DNA of 55,196 nucleotides from Octopus bimaculoides (Eukaryota): the NCBI RefSeq assembly GCF_001194135.2, contig NC_068989.1, positions 54,633,280 through 54,688,475 on the forward strand, given 5' to 3'. This document shows, piece by piece, positions 11,641 to 24,229 of this stretch. The position numbers and the translations under genes were made by a program. The notes below the pieces were generated by a model. It did no database searches and was not told where the DNA came from. It worked only from the letters and a program-made list of their open reading frames with translations. How positions within the stretch are numbered: the stretch's first letter is position 1; each line of letters begins with the position of its first letter.

Positions 11641-12671
11641 GGTAATATCACAATGTCATTCCATCCCACTATCACCAACACCACCACATTTTCATCCTCT
11701 CCTCCTTGTAATTAACATCATCATCTTACCATCAACAGCAGCCACAGCAGCAGTTTCAACGGTAACGAAGGCAGGAGCACCAGTAACATCAGAAACAGAC
11801 TGGAGAATAATCTAGATATATTATAACAAGAAATAAGATGACGCAGAGTTTCTCTGACTTCTAAGTTGACTCTAGGCTATATACTCCTTACTAATCTTAA
11901 CCGAGTACTCCAAGCCATATATACACGCACTTACGTATATTACTAGTTATATACACACGTAGATTATTTCTTTCTCTGTGTTTGATTATTGGGTTGTTCT
12001 TTTTAACTGTATTATATTTCCATTATTTCTACTCCTACAGATGCACAGAAGGTTGATGTTTCCGTCATCCATAACGTGACTGAAGACAGGCTAGACTAGT
12101 TTCTATGTTTACCAGAAACGAAAAAATATTGAAGGATATGACAGAAGAACATGTAGACAAACAATAACAAATTTAATTATCTTAGAAGAGGTGCACTTAA
12201 TTGCCTGCTAAATACATATACAAGCATATAAATATGTATTTATGTATATATAAATCTATCTCTTTCTCTCTCACTGTCACTCTTTCTCTCATTCTCTCTC
12301 TCTATACACGCACACATAAATATATATATANNNNNNNNNNNNNNNNNNNNNNNNNNNNNNNNNNNNNNNNNNNNNNNNNNNNNNNNNNNNNNNNNNNNNN
12401 NNNNNNNNNNNNNNNNNNNNNNNNNNNNNNNNNNNNNNNNNNNNNNNNNNNNNNNNNNNNNNNNNNNNNNNNNNNNNNNNNNNNNNNNNNNNNNNNNNNN
12501 NNNNNNNNNNNNNNNNNNNNNNNNNNNNNNNNNNNNNNNNNNNNNNNNNNNNNNNNNNNNNNNNNNNNNNNNNNNNNNNNNNNNNNNNNNNNNNNNNNNN
12601 NNNNNNNNNNNNNNNNNNNNNNNNNNNNNNNNNNNNNNNNNNNNNNNNNNNNNNNNNNNNNNNNNNNNNNN

Positions 12672-12725
12672 NGTGAGTGGATTCAGTAGACGGAAACTGA
12701 GCGAAGCCAATCGTATATATATTTG

Positions 12726-12756
<31 letters not shown>

Positions 12757-12997
12757 TTGTGTGTATGTGTGTATATGTTTATGTGTTTTTGTTTGGCCCC
12801 CACCAACATAGCTTGACAACCGTTGGTGGTGTGTTTACGCCCCGTAACATAGCGGTTCGGCAAGAGAGGCCGATAGAATAAGTACTAGGCTTACAAAGAA
12901 TAAGTCCTGGGGTCGATTTTCTCGACTAAAGGCTGTGCTCCAGCATGGCCGCAGTCAAATGACTGAAACAAGTAAAAGAGTAAAAAAGTAAAGAGTA
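12672..12997 (+). mobile_element. SINE family C (5' end lost in the gap)
   Basis: GTGAGTGGATTCAGTAGACGGAAACTGA, internal (TG)n, and tail AGCATGGCCGCAGTCAAATGACTGAAACAAGTAAAAGAG. Confidence 0.9.
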
Positions 12998-13049
12998 TAT
13001 ATACACACATACATACGTACATAAATACATATATACACAAACACATGCA

Positions 13050-13080
<31 letters not shown>

Positions 13081-13305
13081 CATGCATACATACATACATA
13101 CATTACATGCATGCACTCATATATAGACACGTTAATGGGAACGAGAAAATTACTACTCAACAACTGATTGAAAGGCACAGAGTCTTTCTAACTGTAGTTC
13201 AAAATATTGAATTAATTCATTTTATGACTTTTATTATACATGCGGACCACTGGTAATAAATTATATGATAATTTTGTACCCTTATATTTATTTTTATATA
13301 TATAC

Positions 13306-13379
<74 letters not shown>

Positions 13380-13454
13380 CACACACATACATATATTCTG
13401 ACGTTGATGGTTAGTAAGCCGAAACTTGAAGTCACTGCCAATGTTTACCTCCTT

Positions 13455-14191
13455 TCAGAACAACACTAACTGAGAGCCACTATTCACCCTCATTTATAGA
13501 TGATGGAATTAAACTTGCTAAGAAAATAGGCATTAAAACACTAAGGGAAACAAAACGAAACGCCATTGCTCATGTCAAAATACTACCATGTATATCAACT
13601 CAGAACCCTAGAAATAATGAGACATATTACACTATTGTACAAAATCTACCAAAGCTCACTAGGGATTCAAAAATGCACAACATACTGAAAACACATAAAT
13701 TCATCAAATGTAAAAAGCAACCCAAATAGCTGAAAAGACTACTGATAAATGCAAAGCGTTACACAACAACCACGAAACCAATGGTTAAAAAATGTGAACG
13801 TTGAAACTGTGGAATATACCCCAACCTGCTGGAAGGCTCGGAATTCCAATTCAAACAATGAGAGAGGTTTACAATTAAGACCAACTTCACTTGTGCATCC
13901 GAGAATTTTATTTATGTTGTAACTTTTTCAGGTTGTGGACATAACTATATAGCACAGGCAAGTATGTCACTTTGACGGAGAACCACATTACATAAGGAAC
14001 AGATCCGCTTCCCAAGGTATAGACAGGTACCTTTGCGTGAACACATAGAGAGATGTGGAGGGAATCTCCAACCAAATTTCACATTTTTCTCAATCTACCA
14101 GTGTAAAGAAACAATTTCTGTATAAGAACGTTTAAATAACGAAAATTTATTTATCGAAAAATACAGAACATATCTAAATATGAATGCATAA
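13455..14191 (+). mobile_element. Penelope-like retroelement 3' fragment (linker and GIY-YIG endonuclease), pseudogenised
   Basis: One frame with stops: HYSPSFIDDGIKLAKKI...LPCISTQNPRN...QNLPKL..D.KM..IL...KKQPK*LKRLL...C.R*NCGIY...FTCASENFIYVVTFSGCGHNYIAQASMSL*RRTTLHKEQI...EHIERC...ENLFIEKYRTYLN*. This is the CCHH-flanked IY..YIG GIY-YIG layout of Penelope/Poseidon elements. Confidence 0.88.
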
Positions 14192-14534
14192 CTAACTTTA
14201 TATATATATATTCTAATTCATGATCATATATCTATAACTGTACATATTTCATCTCACTACTTTGGCTTATGAGTTTTTCCTTGTTTATTTATCCCACCAC
14301 AAAAACAAGCAATTACCTCCCCTTAGATTTTTCTACTTGTTGATTCATTCACAAAATTTCATATAAGAATATAGACAAAAATCTTATAAAAATACGAAAT
14401 TACAATAATTTCAATATCATGATTAGCGAAAGCGAAACCGGCTGACAACCACAATACTCTTTCATTTAAAATATATTAAAACTATGTAAACTATATGCAT
14501 TTTCCATCTTTTATTAAATATATATTTTTTGCAT

Positions 14535-14570
<36 letters not shown>

Positions 14571-14865
14571 GCATACACACACACACACACAAACACATAT
14601 ATATAACAAAGATGTACAGGTGTCAATTCATTACAGCCGTTTCAAGCAACTCATTGAATTGATTAATGAAAACAACTCCATCATTGCAAGGAAACCGTTT
14701 TCGTCAGATGACTGCATAGATTTCAAATACAAGGGACAAACCAACTGCTTTAACATATTTGTATCACCAACAGAGCTTAAATTGTGCAAATTAGATCAAC
14801 CTAACAAGGTGCCTTAATTTAAGTACCTAATTCAACTGAATCTTAAATATATTTCATATATATAC

Positions 14866-14920
<55 letters not shown>

Positions 14921-14949
14921 AAATATTGGGGTTTAGTTCACAGGTGATC

Positions 14950-15180
14950 TCATTTTTTTATTGCCCACAAGGGCTAAACGTAGAGGGGACAAACAAGGAC
15001 AGACAATAGGATTAAGTCGATTACATCGATCCAGTGCGTAACTGGTACTTAATTTATCGACCCCGAAAGGATGAAAGGCAAAGTCGACCTCGACGGAATT
15101 TGAACTCAGAACGCAACGGCAGACAAAATACCGCTAAGCATTACGCCCGGCGTACTAACGCTTCTGCCAGCTCGCCGCCT
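14950..15180 (-). mobile_element. SINE family D with the TTTAGCCCTTGTGGGCAATAAA tail
   Basis: Complete head GGCGGCGAGCTGGCAGAAGCGTTAG..GAGTTCAAATTCCGTCGAGGTCGAC on the reverse complement. Confidence 0.92.
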
Positions 15181-15459
15181 TAATCTAAAAGGTGATCTAA
15201 ACGACAAGTTTCGCTGAGTAAGTACTGTAACGGATTACTAGGGCTCCGAGGTCATAGCCGCGATGGGAGTTATGGACCCATTGTAAATATCCGATATAGC
15301 GGATATATAATTGTTAAAGAGGACAACAAACGCTAAGGCAAGACATACATCTCAAGTCATATATGTTATTATTATTCGAAAATTTTTTCCAGATGGTTCC
15401 AATAATAATAACGTATATGACTTGAGATGTTTGTTGTTCTCTTTAACAATTTTCGCCTG

Positions 15460-15605
15460 CCGCTACATTCTGAGTTTAATTTCCACCGAGGTCGACTTTG
15501 CCTTTCATCCATTCAGGGTCGATAAATTAAGAACCAGTTGAGTAGTGGGGTGATGTAATCGACTTACCCACATCTCAGCCCTTGTGCCTGTAGTAGAAAG
15601 GATTA
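15460..15605 (+). mobile_element. SINE family D, 5'-truncated, with the CCTTGTGCCTGTAGTAGAAAG tail
   Basis: CTGAGTTTAATTTCCACCGAGGTCGACTTTGCCTTTCATCC... Confidence 0.85.
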
Positions 15606-15723
15606 TTAAAGTAAGCAGTTAAGTTTTTATAGACAACATCTGTAGGGGGGTCATATGTGGCTGTCTCATTGTGTGTGTGTGTGTGTCTGTGTCTTCTTGT
15701 GTCTGTTTGTGTGTGTAAGGAGA

Positions 15724-15767
<44 letters not shown>

Positions 15768-16055
15768 TGGAGAAAATAAGTAGTGTTACGTTGACCTCAG
15801 TAATTGTTTGCAAAATTGATGTAATCAGTAATTGATAAGTTACACAGCTGTCATGCTCTATGTTTTTGTCTCCGGTCATCAACCTGTGATCAACAATGCC
15901 ATCATTTCTACTATTACAAACACGTTATACTGCAAGTCTAACTCACTGCTCATTGTCTTATTGCTTTATGGCTTTGCTTGTTAGCGTCTTGGCTTGTTGA
16001 TCTTGTGGTTTTGTTTTCGTTGACATTGCCTTCACCTCGTTCTTCTTCGTCCGTG

Positions 16056-16195
16056 TCTTCTTCTTCTTCTTCTTCTTCTTCTTCTTCTTCTTCTTCTTCT
16101 TCTTCTTCTTCTTCTTCTTCTTCTTCTTCTTCTTCTTCTTCTTCTTCTTCTTCTTCTTCTTCTTCTTCTTCTTCTTCTTCTTCTTCTTCTTCTTC
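16056..16195. repeat. Perfect (TTC)n/(GAA)n tract, about 46 units
   Basis: Direct reading. Confidence 0.97.
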
Positions 16196-16365
16196 GCGTA
16201 TGTGTGCGTATATATATATATATATATATATATCTGTATACATATAGACATACAAATACATATACACACATATACATACATCCATCCATCCATACATAAT
16301 ACACAGACACACATAAATATATGTATATATCTATATCTGTATATATAGCTATCTATCTATCTCTT

Positions 16366-16458
<93 letters not shown>

Positions 16459-16584
16459 GAACATACACATACATATTATATATGCATACGTATATACATA
16501 CATAAATAATACACACATTATATACGTATATGTACAAGCATATACATGAGTCTCTCACTTTATTTCTATCTCTCTCCCTCCCTC

Positions 16585-16618
<34 letters not shown>

Positions 16619-16699
16619 GTCCCCTCTCCGCTCAGCGACCACCACTACAGCTTCCATAGAAGCAGATCCACCGGAGATCTACTCTTTTTAGATCATGTT

Positions 16700-18175
16700 C
16701 CAGTAAACACTCGCTTTAGAAACGTTCGGTGAAATCGAAGTTCTTGCCCCAGACACCAGCAAACCTTTGATTGTGTCTGGAATTCGAACCTCTTATCAAT
16801 ACTTCTCTCCTTCGGACTCCACCCATCTACCATCGTTTGGATTGCTATCTTGCTATCAAGTCGTTCCATTGCAGCATGTAATCATGGGATTCTTTCTGCC
16901 TCCAACCCTCTCAATCAATTCTGTTCAGTTTTGTCACTCATTATCTTCTTTCCGTCCATCGAGAATCTACTTACCGTCACACCCATCAATGGCCATTCTT
17001 ACGCAGACGATGATACATTCTTTCATTGCTCCTTAACTTTTTCCGACTATGGTTTCACACAAAACCTGGACATCACAAACCAAAGTGCATTGAATTCATT
17101 AATGGAAACTTTGAGAGCTTTCTCCAACGGAGGTATGCCAGCCTTGTCAATATAGTAATAAAAAAATACCTCAAACAACAAACCTATCAAGAAAACGTCA
17201 CTACGCTACACTCTACTGAACATAAGTGGCACTCCTACAAATCCCTCATTATTACTTCAAATGCTTGGTATGACTATCACCGAGACAAAAGCACATTTTT
17301 AACATCTGGAGCCTTGCTCCAAAGACTGGAACTCCTCTTCAGGCACAAGAAAGATTTCATTTCAACAAATCTGCTGACACTGTAAAAACGAGCAATGAAC
17401 TGCTCCCAGAGTGGATCACTGTTCTATCATCTGAAACTGTGATGTTCCTACGCACATAGACATCTTGGACCGCGTCCAAGGAAAGCAAACTCGAGTGACC
17501 GACATTAAAGTGGAGGCTTGCGGCTTACTGGTTTGAGTGTTGGACTAATGATCATAAAGTTATAGTTTCGAGTCCTGGGCCGGACGATCCGTTGTGTACT
17601 TGAGCAAAACACTTCATTCCATGTTACTCCAGTCCACTCAGCAGGCAAAAATGAGTAATCCTGCAACGGACTGGCGTCCCGTCCAGGTGGGGAACTTATA
17701 TGCCACGGAAACCGGAAAACCAGCCCTTCTGTGTCGGTATGACTCGAGAAGGTAACCTTTACCTCTACCTTCACTGACATTAAATCATTAACGACACGCT
17801 CCAGTCGCTGGTCCACAGAGATGCTGTCATACATTGATGTCTTTCTGTCTCTTACGCTATAATCTCCGTTCGTCGAAGATATTTGGTCTTTTGCTTCCAC
17901 TAATCCGGCACCCCGGCCCACTCATCTCTCTACCTCTCATCACTTACGTTGCGTCCACACCTTCCAGCATCAAACTAACCATTAATTCACTGTCCTTCTT
18001 TCCGAGAACATCGAGCCCTTAGGTATATTATCCTTACTCATTTCTTTCCAGCAGGGTGTCGATCTGCAACAGCGTAAACACAGCCTTAACGATATCAAAC
18101 ACGCCCCAGTCTTGAGAGGCCTACAACAGTCACAGGCATTGCCGCTTCCTCCAGACTTCGCCAAAGAACAAACAT
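16700..18175 (+). mobile_element. Decayed APE-type LINE (L2/CR1/jockey-like RT and C-terminus), interrupted by a SINE
   Basis: Remnants: FGEIEVLAPDTSKP (cf. ALDISKAFD), LPSFG, SVLSLIIFFPSIENLLTVTPINGHSYADDDT (YADD), QRLELLFRHKKDF..TNLLTL, DILDRVQGK, LQSLVHR, SFFPRTS. Confidence 0.8.
17510..17772 (+). mobile_element. SINE family A inserted in the LINE, with a target-site duplication
   Basis: Family A head and core. GACATTAAA lies at 17501-17509 and again at 17776-17784 (AC[C/T]GACATTAAA). Confidence 0.9.
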
Positions 18176-18519
18176 TGCATTTCAGTCATTCTTCTTCATC
18201 ATCGTCATCATCGTCGTCGTCGTCGGCGGCGGCGGTGGCGGTGGAGCGATGGTAGAGGCGGAACCGTTATCAATATCTTCTCTATTCCTCCTATTCTTTC
18301 TCGTCACTCTTCCCTTTCTTTCTCCTTGCCTACGCATTCACTCAATGAGTTTTTCGGTTGTTTTCAGTTCGGGAGAGGGTTCCGCTTGGTTTCAAAGGTG
18401 GCAAGACATAGTGCATCCTTGAAACATACATATACACACATTTATACATACACACACACGTCTATACATCCTTGCATACACCCATATTCGGAAATGCAAG
18501 CACACGTACACACATGTAT

Positions 18520-18990
18520 ACCTCTATATATAAATTCATGCTTTATGCTTCCCAACCACATGGCTCCAGGTTCGCTACCTCTGCATGACACCTTGAGCAA
18601 ATGTCATCTATTATAGCCCCGGGCCAACTGCAGCCTTATGAGTGGATACGGTTGTCGGGAGCTGAAATAAACTCGTCGCGTATATGCGTGTGTATGTGTG
18701 TATGTGCGTGTATATATGTGTATGCGTGTGTTTGTGTGTGTAATATATATATATATATACATATATGTATGTATGCATGTGTGTGGATATCAGTGTTTGG
18801 TCTCCAATACCACTGGACAACAGTTTTAATTTGTTTACGTCATCGTAAATTAGCGGTTCAGTTGAAAACGAGCGATGAAATAGATATAAGGCTTAAAAAA
18901 TAACTGCTGGGGCCGATTGGTTTCACTAAAACTTTCATGGCGATGCCTCAGCATGGGCGTAGTCCAGTGACTGAACCAAGTGACCGATAA
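18520..18990 (+). mobile_element. SINE family C, diverged
   Basis: GCTTCCCAACCACATGGCTCCAGGTTC..CACCTTGAGCAAATGTC, internal (TG/TA)n, degraded tail CAGCATGGGCGTAGTCCAGTGACTGAACCAAG. Confidence 0.8.
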
Positions 18991-19282
18991 AACATGCAAA
19001 CACATATGCATATCATACATATACATATATATGCATGTGTACACGCATGCATATATATACATACGCATGCGTGCGCACGCACGCATAGATATACATATAT
19101 ACATAAATACATAAACAGACACGCATACACACGCATAAACTACGCACACAAAATGTCTATTTAACACAAGCACATACACACAAGATTCTTCTGCCTCGGT
19201 GCTTATTTGTCCGTCTGATTGTCAGGGTCTTTCCGCGCGCATTTGTTCACTTACGTGCTCATATACGCACTATTATGTGCCT

Positions 19283-19322
<40 letters not shown>

Positions 19323-19487
19323 CACACACACACTCACGCACATATATATATATATGAGTGTATACGCATGTACACATACATGTATACCAGCAGGTTTATA
19401 ACACTCACACTATTGTATTCAGATTATTTGATAAAGATGCTTTTTCGTTTCATGAGATGACGAATAATTCTAAAACTTCTTGAAATA

Positions 19488-19504
19488 ATAACAATAACAA
19501 CAAC

Positions 19505-19560
<56 letters not shown>

Positions 19561-19571
19561 TAATAATAATA

Positions 19572-19603
<32 letters not shown>

Positions 19604-19604
19604 T

Positions 19605-19662
<58 letters not shown>
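19488..19662. repeat. Compound (AAT)n-(ATT)n-(ACT)n microsatellite
   Basis: Direct reading. Confidence 0.95.
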
Positions 19663-19663
<1 letters not shown>

Positions 19664-20029
19664 TCATTATTGTTTTTTTATTTTTCATTTTCTATTTCAA
19701 ATTTATAAATTTTTGTGGCGGTTTTTTTTTTTTTGTGTTTATCATTTCGTTTTAATTTTGTTAAATGTTTAGATCCAATTGTTTGTTGTTTTTTTTCCTT
19801 TTTATTTGTGTCTGAATTGTAAATGTCTTCTTCGTTTATTTCTTTTATTTTACTTTATTATTTTGTTGCTTTATTTGTTTTGTTCCTTTTTTCTCTACTT
19901 TTTGGGCTTTTTTGTTGTGTTTTTTTTTTTATTATTTCCTACTTTCTGTTTTGAGGTTGTTACGAAACGGTTTTCTCTGTTTCTTATGTAAATAAGAATA
20001 ACCAGAGCGTGATTAAACTGGAACAATAA

Positions 20030-20571
20030 TGATGGAGGAGTTGGAGGAGGAGTAGGAGGAGGAGGAAGAAGAAGAAGAAGAAGAAGAAGAAGAAGAAGAA
20101 GAAGAAGAAGAAGAAGAAGAAGACGATGACGCTAAGAAAGAGGGCGGCGGAGTAGACCGGAGTTTGTGTGGAGAATGAAAGTTGAGACAGACGGAAAAGA
20201 AAGAAAACTTTAAAATTAATGGAAGAAGGAAAGAGCAAAAGTTATGAAAGAAAGAAAGAAAGAAGGAAGGAAGAAGGAAGGAAGAAGGAAGGAAGAAGGA
20301 AGGAAGGAAGGATAGAAAGAAAGAAAGAAGGAAGGATGGAAGGAAGAAGGAAGGAAGGAAGGAAAGAAAGAAAGAAAGAAAGTAAGAAAGAAACAAACAA
20401 ACAAAAGTATAAAAAGTGAAAGAAATAAAATAAATGTTTAAAAAGTGTGAAAGAAGAAAATAATTCAGAAAAGCTGCTGCAAGTTTTATAGAAAGCAACT
20501 TGAATGAAGTTTTGGAATAAGAGGAATGAAGGAAGTAAAGAAGGGCAGAGAAAGAATGAGGAAGAGAGAGG

Positions 20572-20617
<46 letters not shown>

Positions 20618-20956
20618 TGAAAGACATAATGAAATGAAAATGAATGAGAGAAACTGAATGAAAGATAGAATGACAAAAAGGAAATGATAAATGAAAGAAT
20701 GGAAGAATTGGAAGAGACGAGAAGAAAGAATTAATGAAACAGAGAGAAAAAGAGAGGAAGAAAGAAAGGAAGTTGAAAGAAAGAAAGAAAGAAAGAAATG
20801 AAGAATAAATGAATGAAAATGAATGAGAGAAACTGAATGAAAGTTAGAATGACAGAAGGAAATGATAAATGAAAGAATAGAAGAATTGGAAGAGACGAGA
20901 AGAAAGAATTAATGAAACAGAGAGAAAAAGAGAGGAACAAAGAAAGTTGATTGAAA

Positions 20957-20990
<34 letters not shown>

Positions 20991-21015
20991 AATGAAGAAT
21001 AAATGAATGAAAGAA
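20030..21015. repeat. Purine-rich low-complexity tract ((GAA)n, (GGAA)n, (GA)n) with a roughly 180-bp tandem duplication (about 20632-20812 and 20812-21010)
   Basis: GAATGAGAGAAACTGAATGAAAG...GGAAGAGACGAGAAGAAAGAATTAATGAAACAGAGAGAAAAAGAGAGGAA occurs twice. Confidence 0.9.
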
Positions 21016-21129
21016 AGCTTGCTTAATGGAAGTAATCAGGACTGAAAATGCATAGACAGAGAGAAACGGAGAGGAATGATATCAAGTCTTAAAGAGGTTA
21101 GAGAGATGGAGAGAGAGAGGCGGGAGAGG

Positions 21130-21868
21130 AACACCATCAACACTGACAGCAATAACCACCACCACTACCACCACCACCACCACCACAACCACCACCACCA
21201 CCACCACCACCACAACCACCACCACCACCACCACCGCCACCACCGTTACCCCCTCATCGCCACCACCACCACCACCATCGCCTCCACCACTTACGAATAT
21301 GGAGCAGACAGAAGAATTTGGCAGGCATACAAAACAAACATTGTGATAAGGCTGCCATTAGGCTTGCATGCAGAACTGAGCATTTTCATTCCACCCCCAC
21401 TTCCATCCTACCCCCCATCCGCCATCGTCACCCACCGTCCACCATCACCGCCACCATCGCCTCTACCACCATCAGCACCACCACCTCACTGGCTACCACC
21501 CTAACAATACTATCACCTACACTTCGCCGGCTGTCTTCATTACCTCTGCCATCACCAGTTCCGCACTCCCTCCACAGCCACCACAATCTCACCATCTACC
21601 ATTAGCAACGCCAGCGTTAGAGCCATCCCCTCTACTATTTTCCTCACTACTAGCACCAACACCACAACTTCACCGGTTATCGCCAACGCCAACACTACAA
21701 CTAATACCAACATCACAGTCTCGCCAGTTGCATCACCACTGCCAATTTCACCAGAACTAGCACCAACACTACAACTTCATCAGCCACCACTTCCAACAGC
21801 ATCGCTACCATTTTCACCAATACTACCACCAACTCCAATGTTACAACTACCACCTCACTGGCTACTAG

Positions 21869-21901
<33 letters not shown>

Positions 21902-21902
21902 C

Positions 21903-21978
<76 letters not shown>

Positions 21979-21995
21979 ATGTAGTAGTAGTAGAA

Positions 21996-22046
<51 letters not shown>

Positions 22047-22465
22047 AGACTACCACCATCACCATAATAGCTCCACTGGGGGTACCACATTAACAACAAT
22101 GCTACCACCAGCACCGGCTACCACCACAGCTACTGCCATACTATCCATCATGTTTCAACGTAACTCTTTCCACTACCACCGCAACCATCACCATTTGACA
22201 CTACTACAACCCCGACATTAACCATCACCACAACCACCACCACCAACAACAACGACACAACCACCACCACCAACAACAACGACACAACCACCACCACCAC
22301 CACCACAACCATCACTATCTGGCACTGTACACTGCAGCNNNNNNNNNNNNNNNNNNNNNNNNNNNNNNNNNCCGTCACACCATCAACGCCGCCATAACCG
22401 TCACTATTCGACAATACCCATCACAGCCCCTACAGTAATCATCACCACTCCTACCACTACCCACT
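21130..22465. repeat. Degenerate (CAC)/(ACT)/(AAT)/(AGT) trinucleotide region
   Basis: Direct reading. Frequent frame slippage argues against coding. Confidence 0.85.
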
Positions 22466-24229
22466 GCCACGGTTTCCTTCCTCGCCGAGACACAAAGTAA
22501 GTTAGATGATGTTGGCTGTTCATTTCCTTATTGAGTTAATACAAACAAGAGAATTTGCCAAAGAGAATGCTTCTTCGCCACAATTACAAATCCAGCAAAC
22601 AAAAAAAAGAGAAGAAAAATAAATAAACGCCAACAAAGTTACAAAAAGCGGGTGGAGGATAAATATAAATAAAAGGTGATAAAAAAAAAATTATAAAACT
22701 AACAAATAATTATCAAAAAAAAAAACCCATAAAACTAACAAAATATATCAAAATAAAATTAATCATACTGCACTGAAAAATTTCAGTTTCTTAAAAATAA
22801 TAAAATATATAAAAATAAAGAAATAAAATTAATTTCTCATTTGATGCTAAACTACTTGGAAATAACGCTTGTTTAGGTGTGTGTCTTAATAATTTCGAAT
22901 TTCAGTTTCGTTTATATATTTTATTTTATTTTTTTATTATTTCCGTGTTTTTTTTTTTCCATTCCTTTTCCTCTGCTCTTCCACCCTCGTCTACTTAATT
23001 TGTGTGTGTGTGTGTGTTCTTAGTTTTCTTTTATTTGTTCTTATTGTTCTCCTTTCTACAATTTATAAAATTTACACACTTCCTCATTTCCTTCCCATCT
23101 CACTTTCTAAACTGTCCTCTCTCTCTCTCTTCTCCACCACCTACTCCTCTTTGCCTTCTCATCTTTCACCATCCTATGTCATTGGCAAAAGCTGTTAATT
23201 CTACTTATCTAAGGCTTCGAGTTTCGTTTCAGAGATTCCCAAATAGTGCAATGATCGAATGGCTGGACAACGTCCTGCAGTTCTTGCTATTTGTGTCGTG
23301 ATTGTTTATCCTCGAAGAAGGCAGGCTTCGATCGCGTTATCATTAACTGAATCACTTAACTCTTGTTCGTTAAGATTCTCAGTGATGATCATTATTGACA
23401 GTCAGCCCCATAACCTATTGGAGTGGTTTCGAACTTCGTAGAAGACTTTCTTTCTGTGTAGTGTCTTGTAACTTATCAAACACTGACGAGTGCTATGCAC
23501 AAAACTTTTGACCGTTAAATCACTTTTAAATTTCTACTGATTCAAATATATANNNNNNNNNNNNNNNNNNNNNNNNNNNNNNNNNNNNNNNNNNNNNNNN
23601 NNNNNNNNNNNNNNNNNNNNNNNNNNNNNNNNNNNNNNNNNNNNNNNNNNNNNNNNNNNNNNNNNNNNNNNNNNNNNNNNNNNNNNNNNNNNNNNNNNNN
23701 NNNNNNNNNNNNNNNNNNNNNNNNNNNNNNNNNNNNNNNNNNNNNNNNNNNNNNNNNNNNNNNNNNNNNNNNNNNNNNNNNNNNNNNNNNNNNNNNNNNN
23801 NNNNNNNNNNNNNNNNNNNNNNNNNNNNNNNNNNNNNNNNNNNNNNNNNNNNNNNNNNNNNNNNNNNNNNNNNNNNNNNNNNNNNNNNNNNNNNNNNNNN
23901 NNNNNNNNNNNNNNNNNNNNNNNNNNNNNNNNNNNNNNNNNNNNNNNNNNNNNNNNNNNNNNNNNNNNNNNNNNNNNNNNNNNNNNNNNNNNNNNNNNNN
24001 NNNNNNNNNNNNNNNNNNNNNNNNNNNNNNNNNNNNNNNNNNNNNNNNNNNNNNNNNNNNNNNNNNNNNNNNNNNNNNNNNNNNNNNNNNNNNNNNNNNN
24101 NNNNNNNNNNNNNNNNNNNNNNNNNNNNNNNNNNNNNNNNNNNNNNNNNNNNNNNNNNNNNNNNNNNNNNNNNNNNNNNNNNNNNNNNNNNNNNNNNNNN
24201 NNNNNNNNNNNNNNNNNNNNNNNTTAGCA

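Noticed and set aside
21500-22496. Thr/Ser-rich mucin-like reading ending at a GTAAGT donor (about 22496)
   Set aside because: Repeated frame slips and stops in degenerate trinucleotide repeats. A lone donor motif is not enough.
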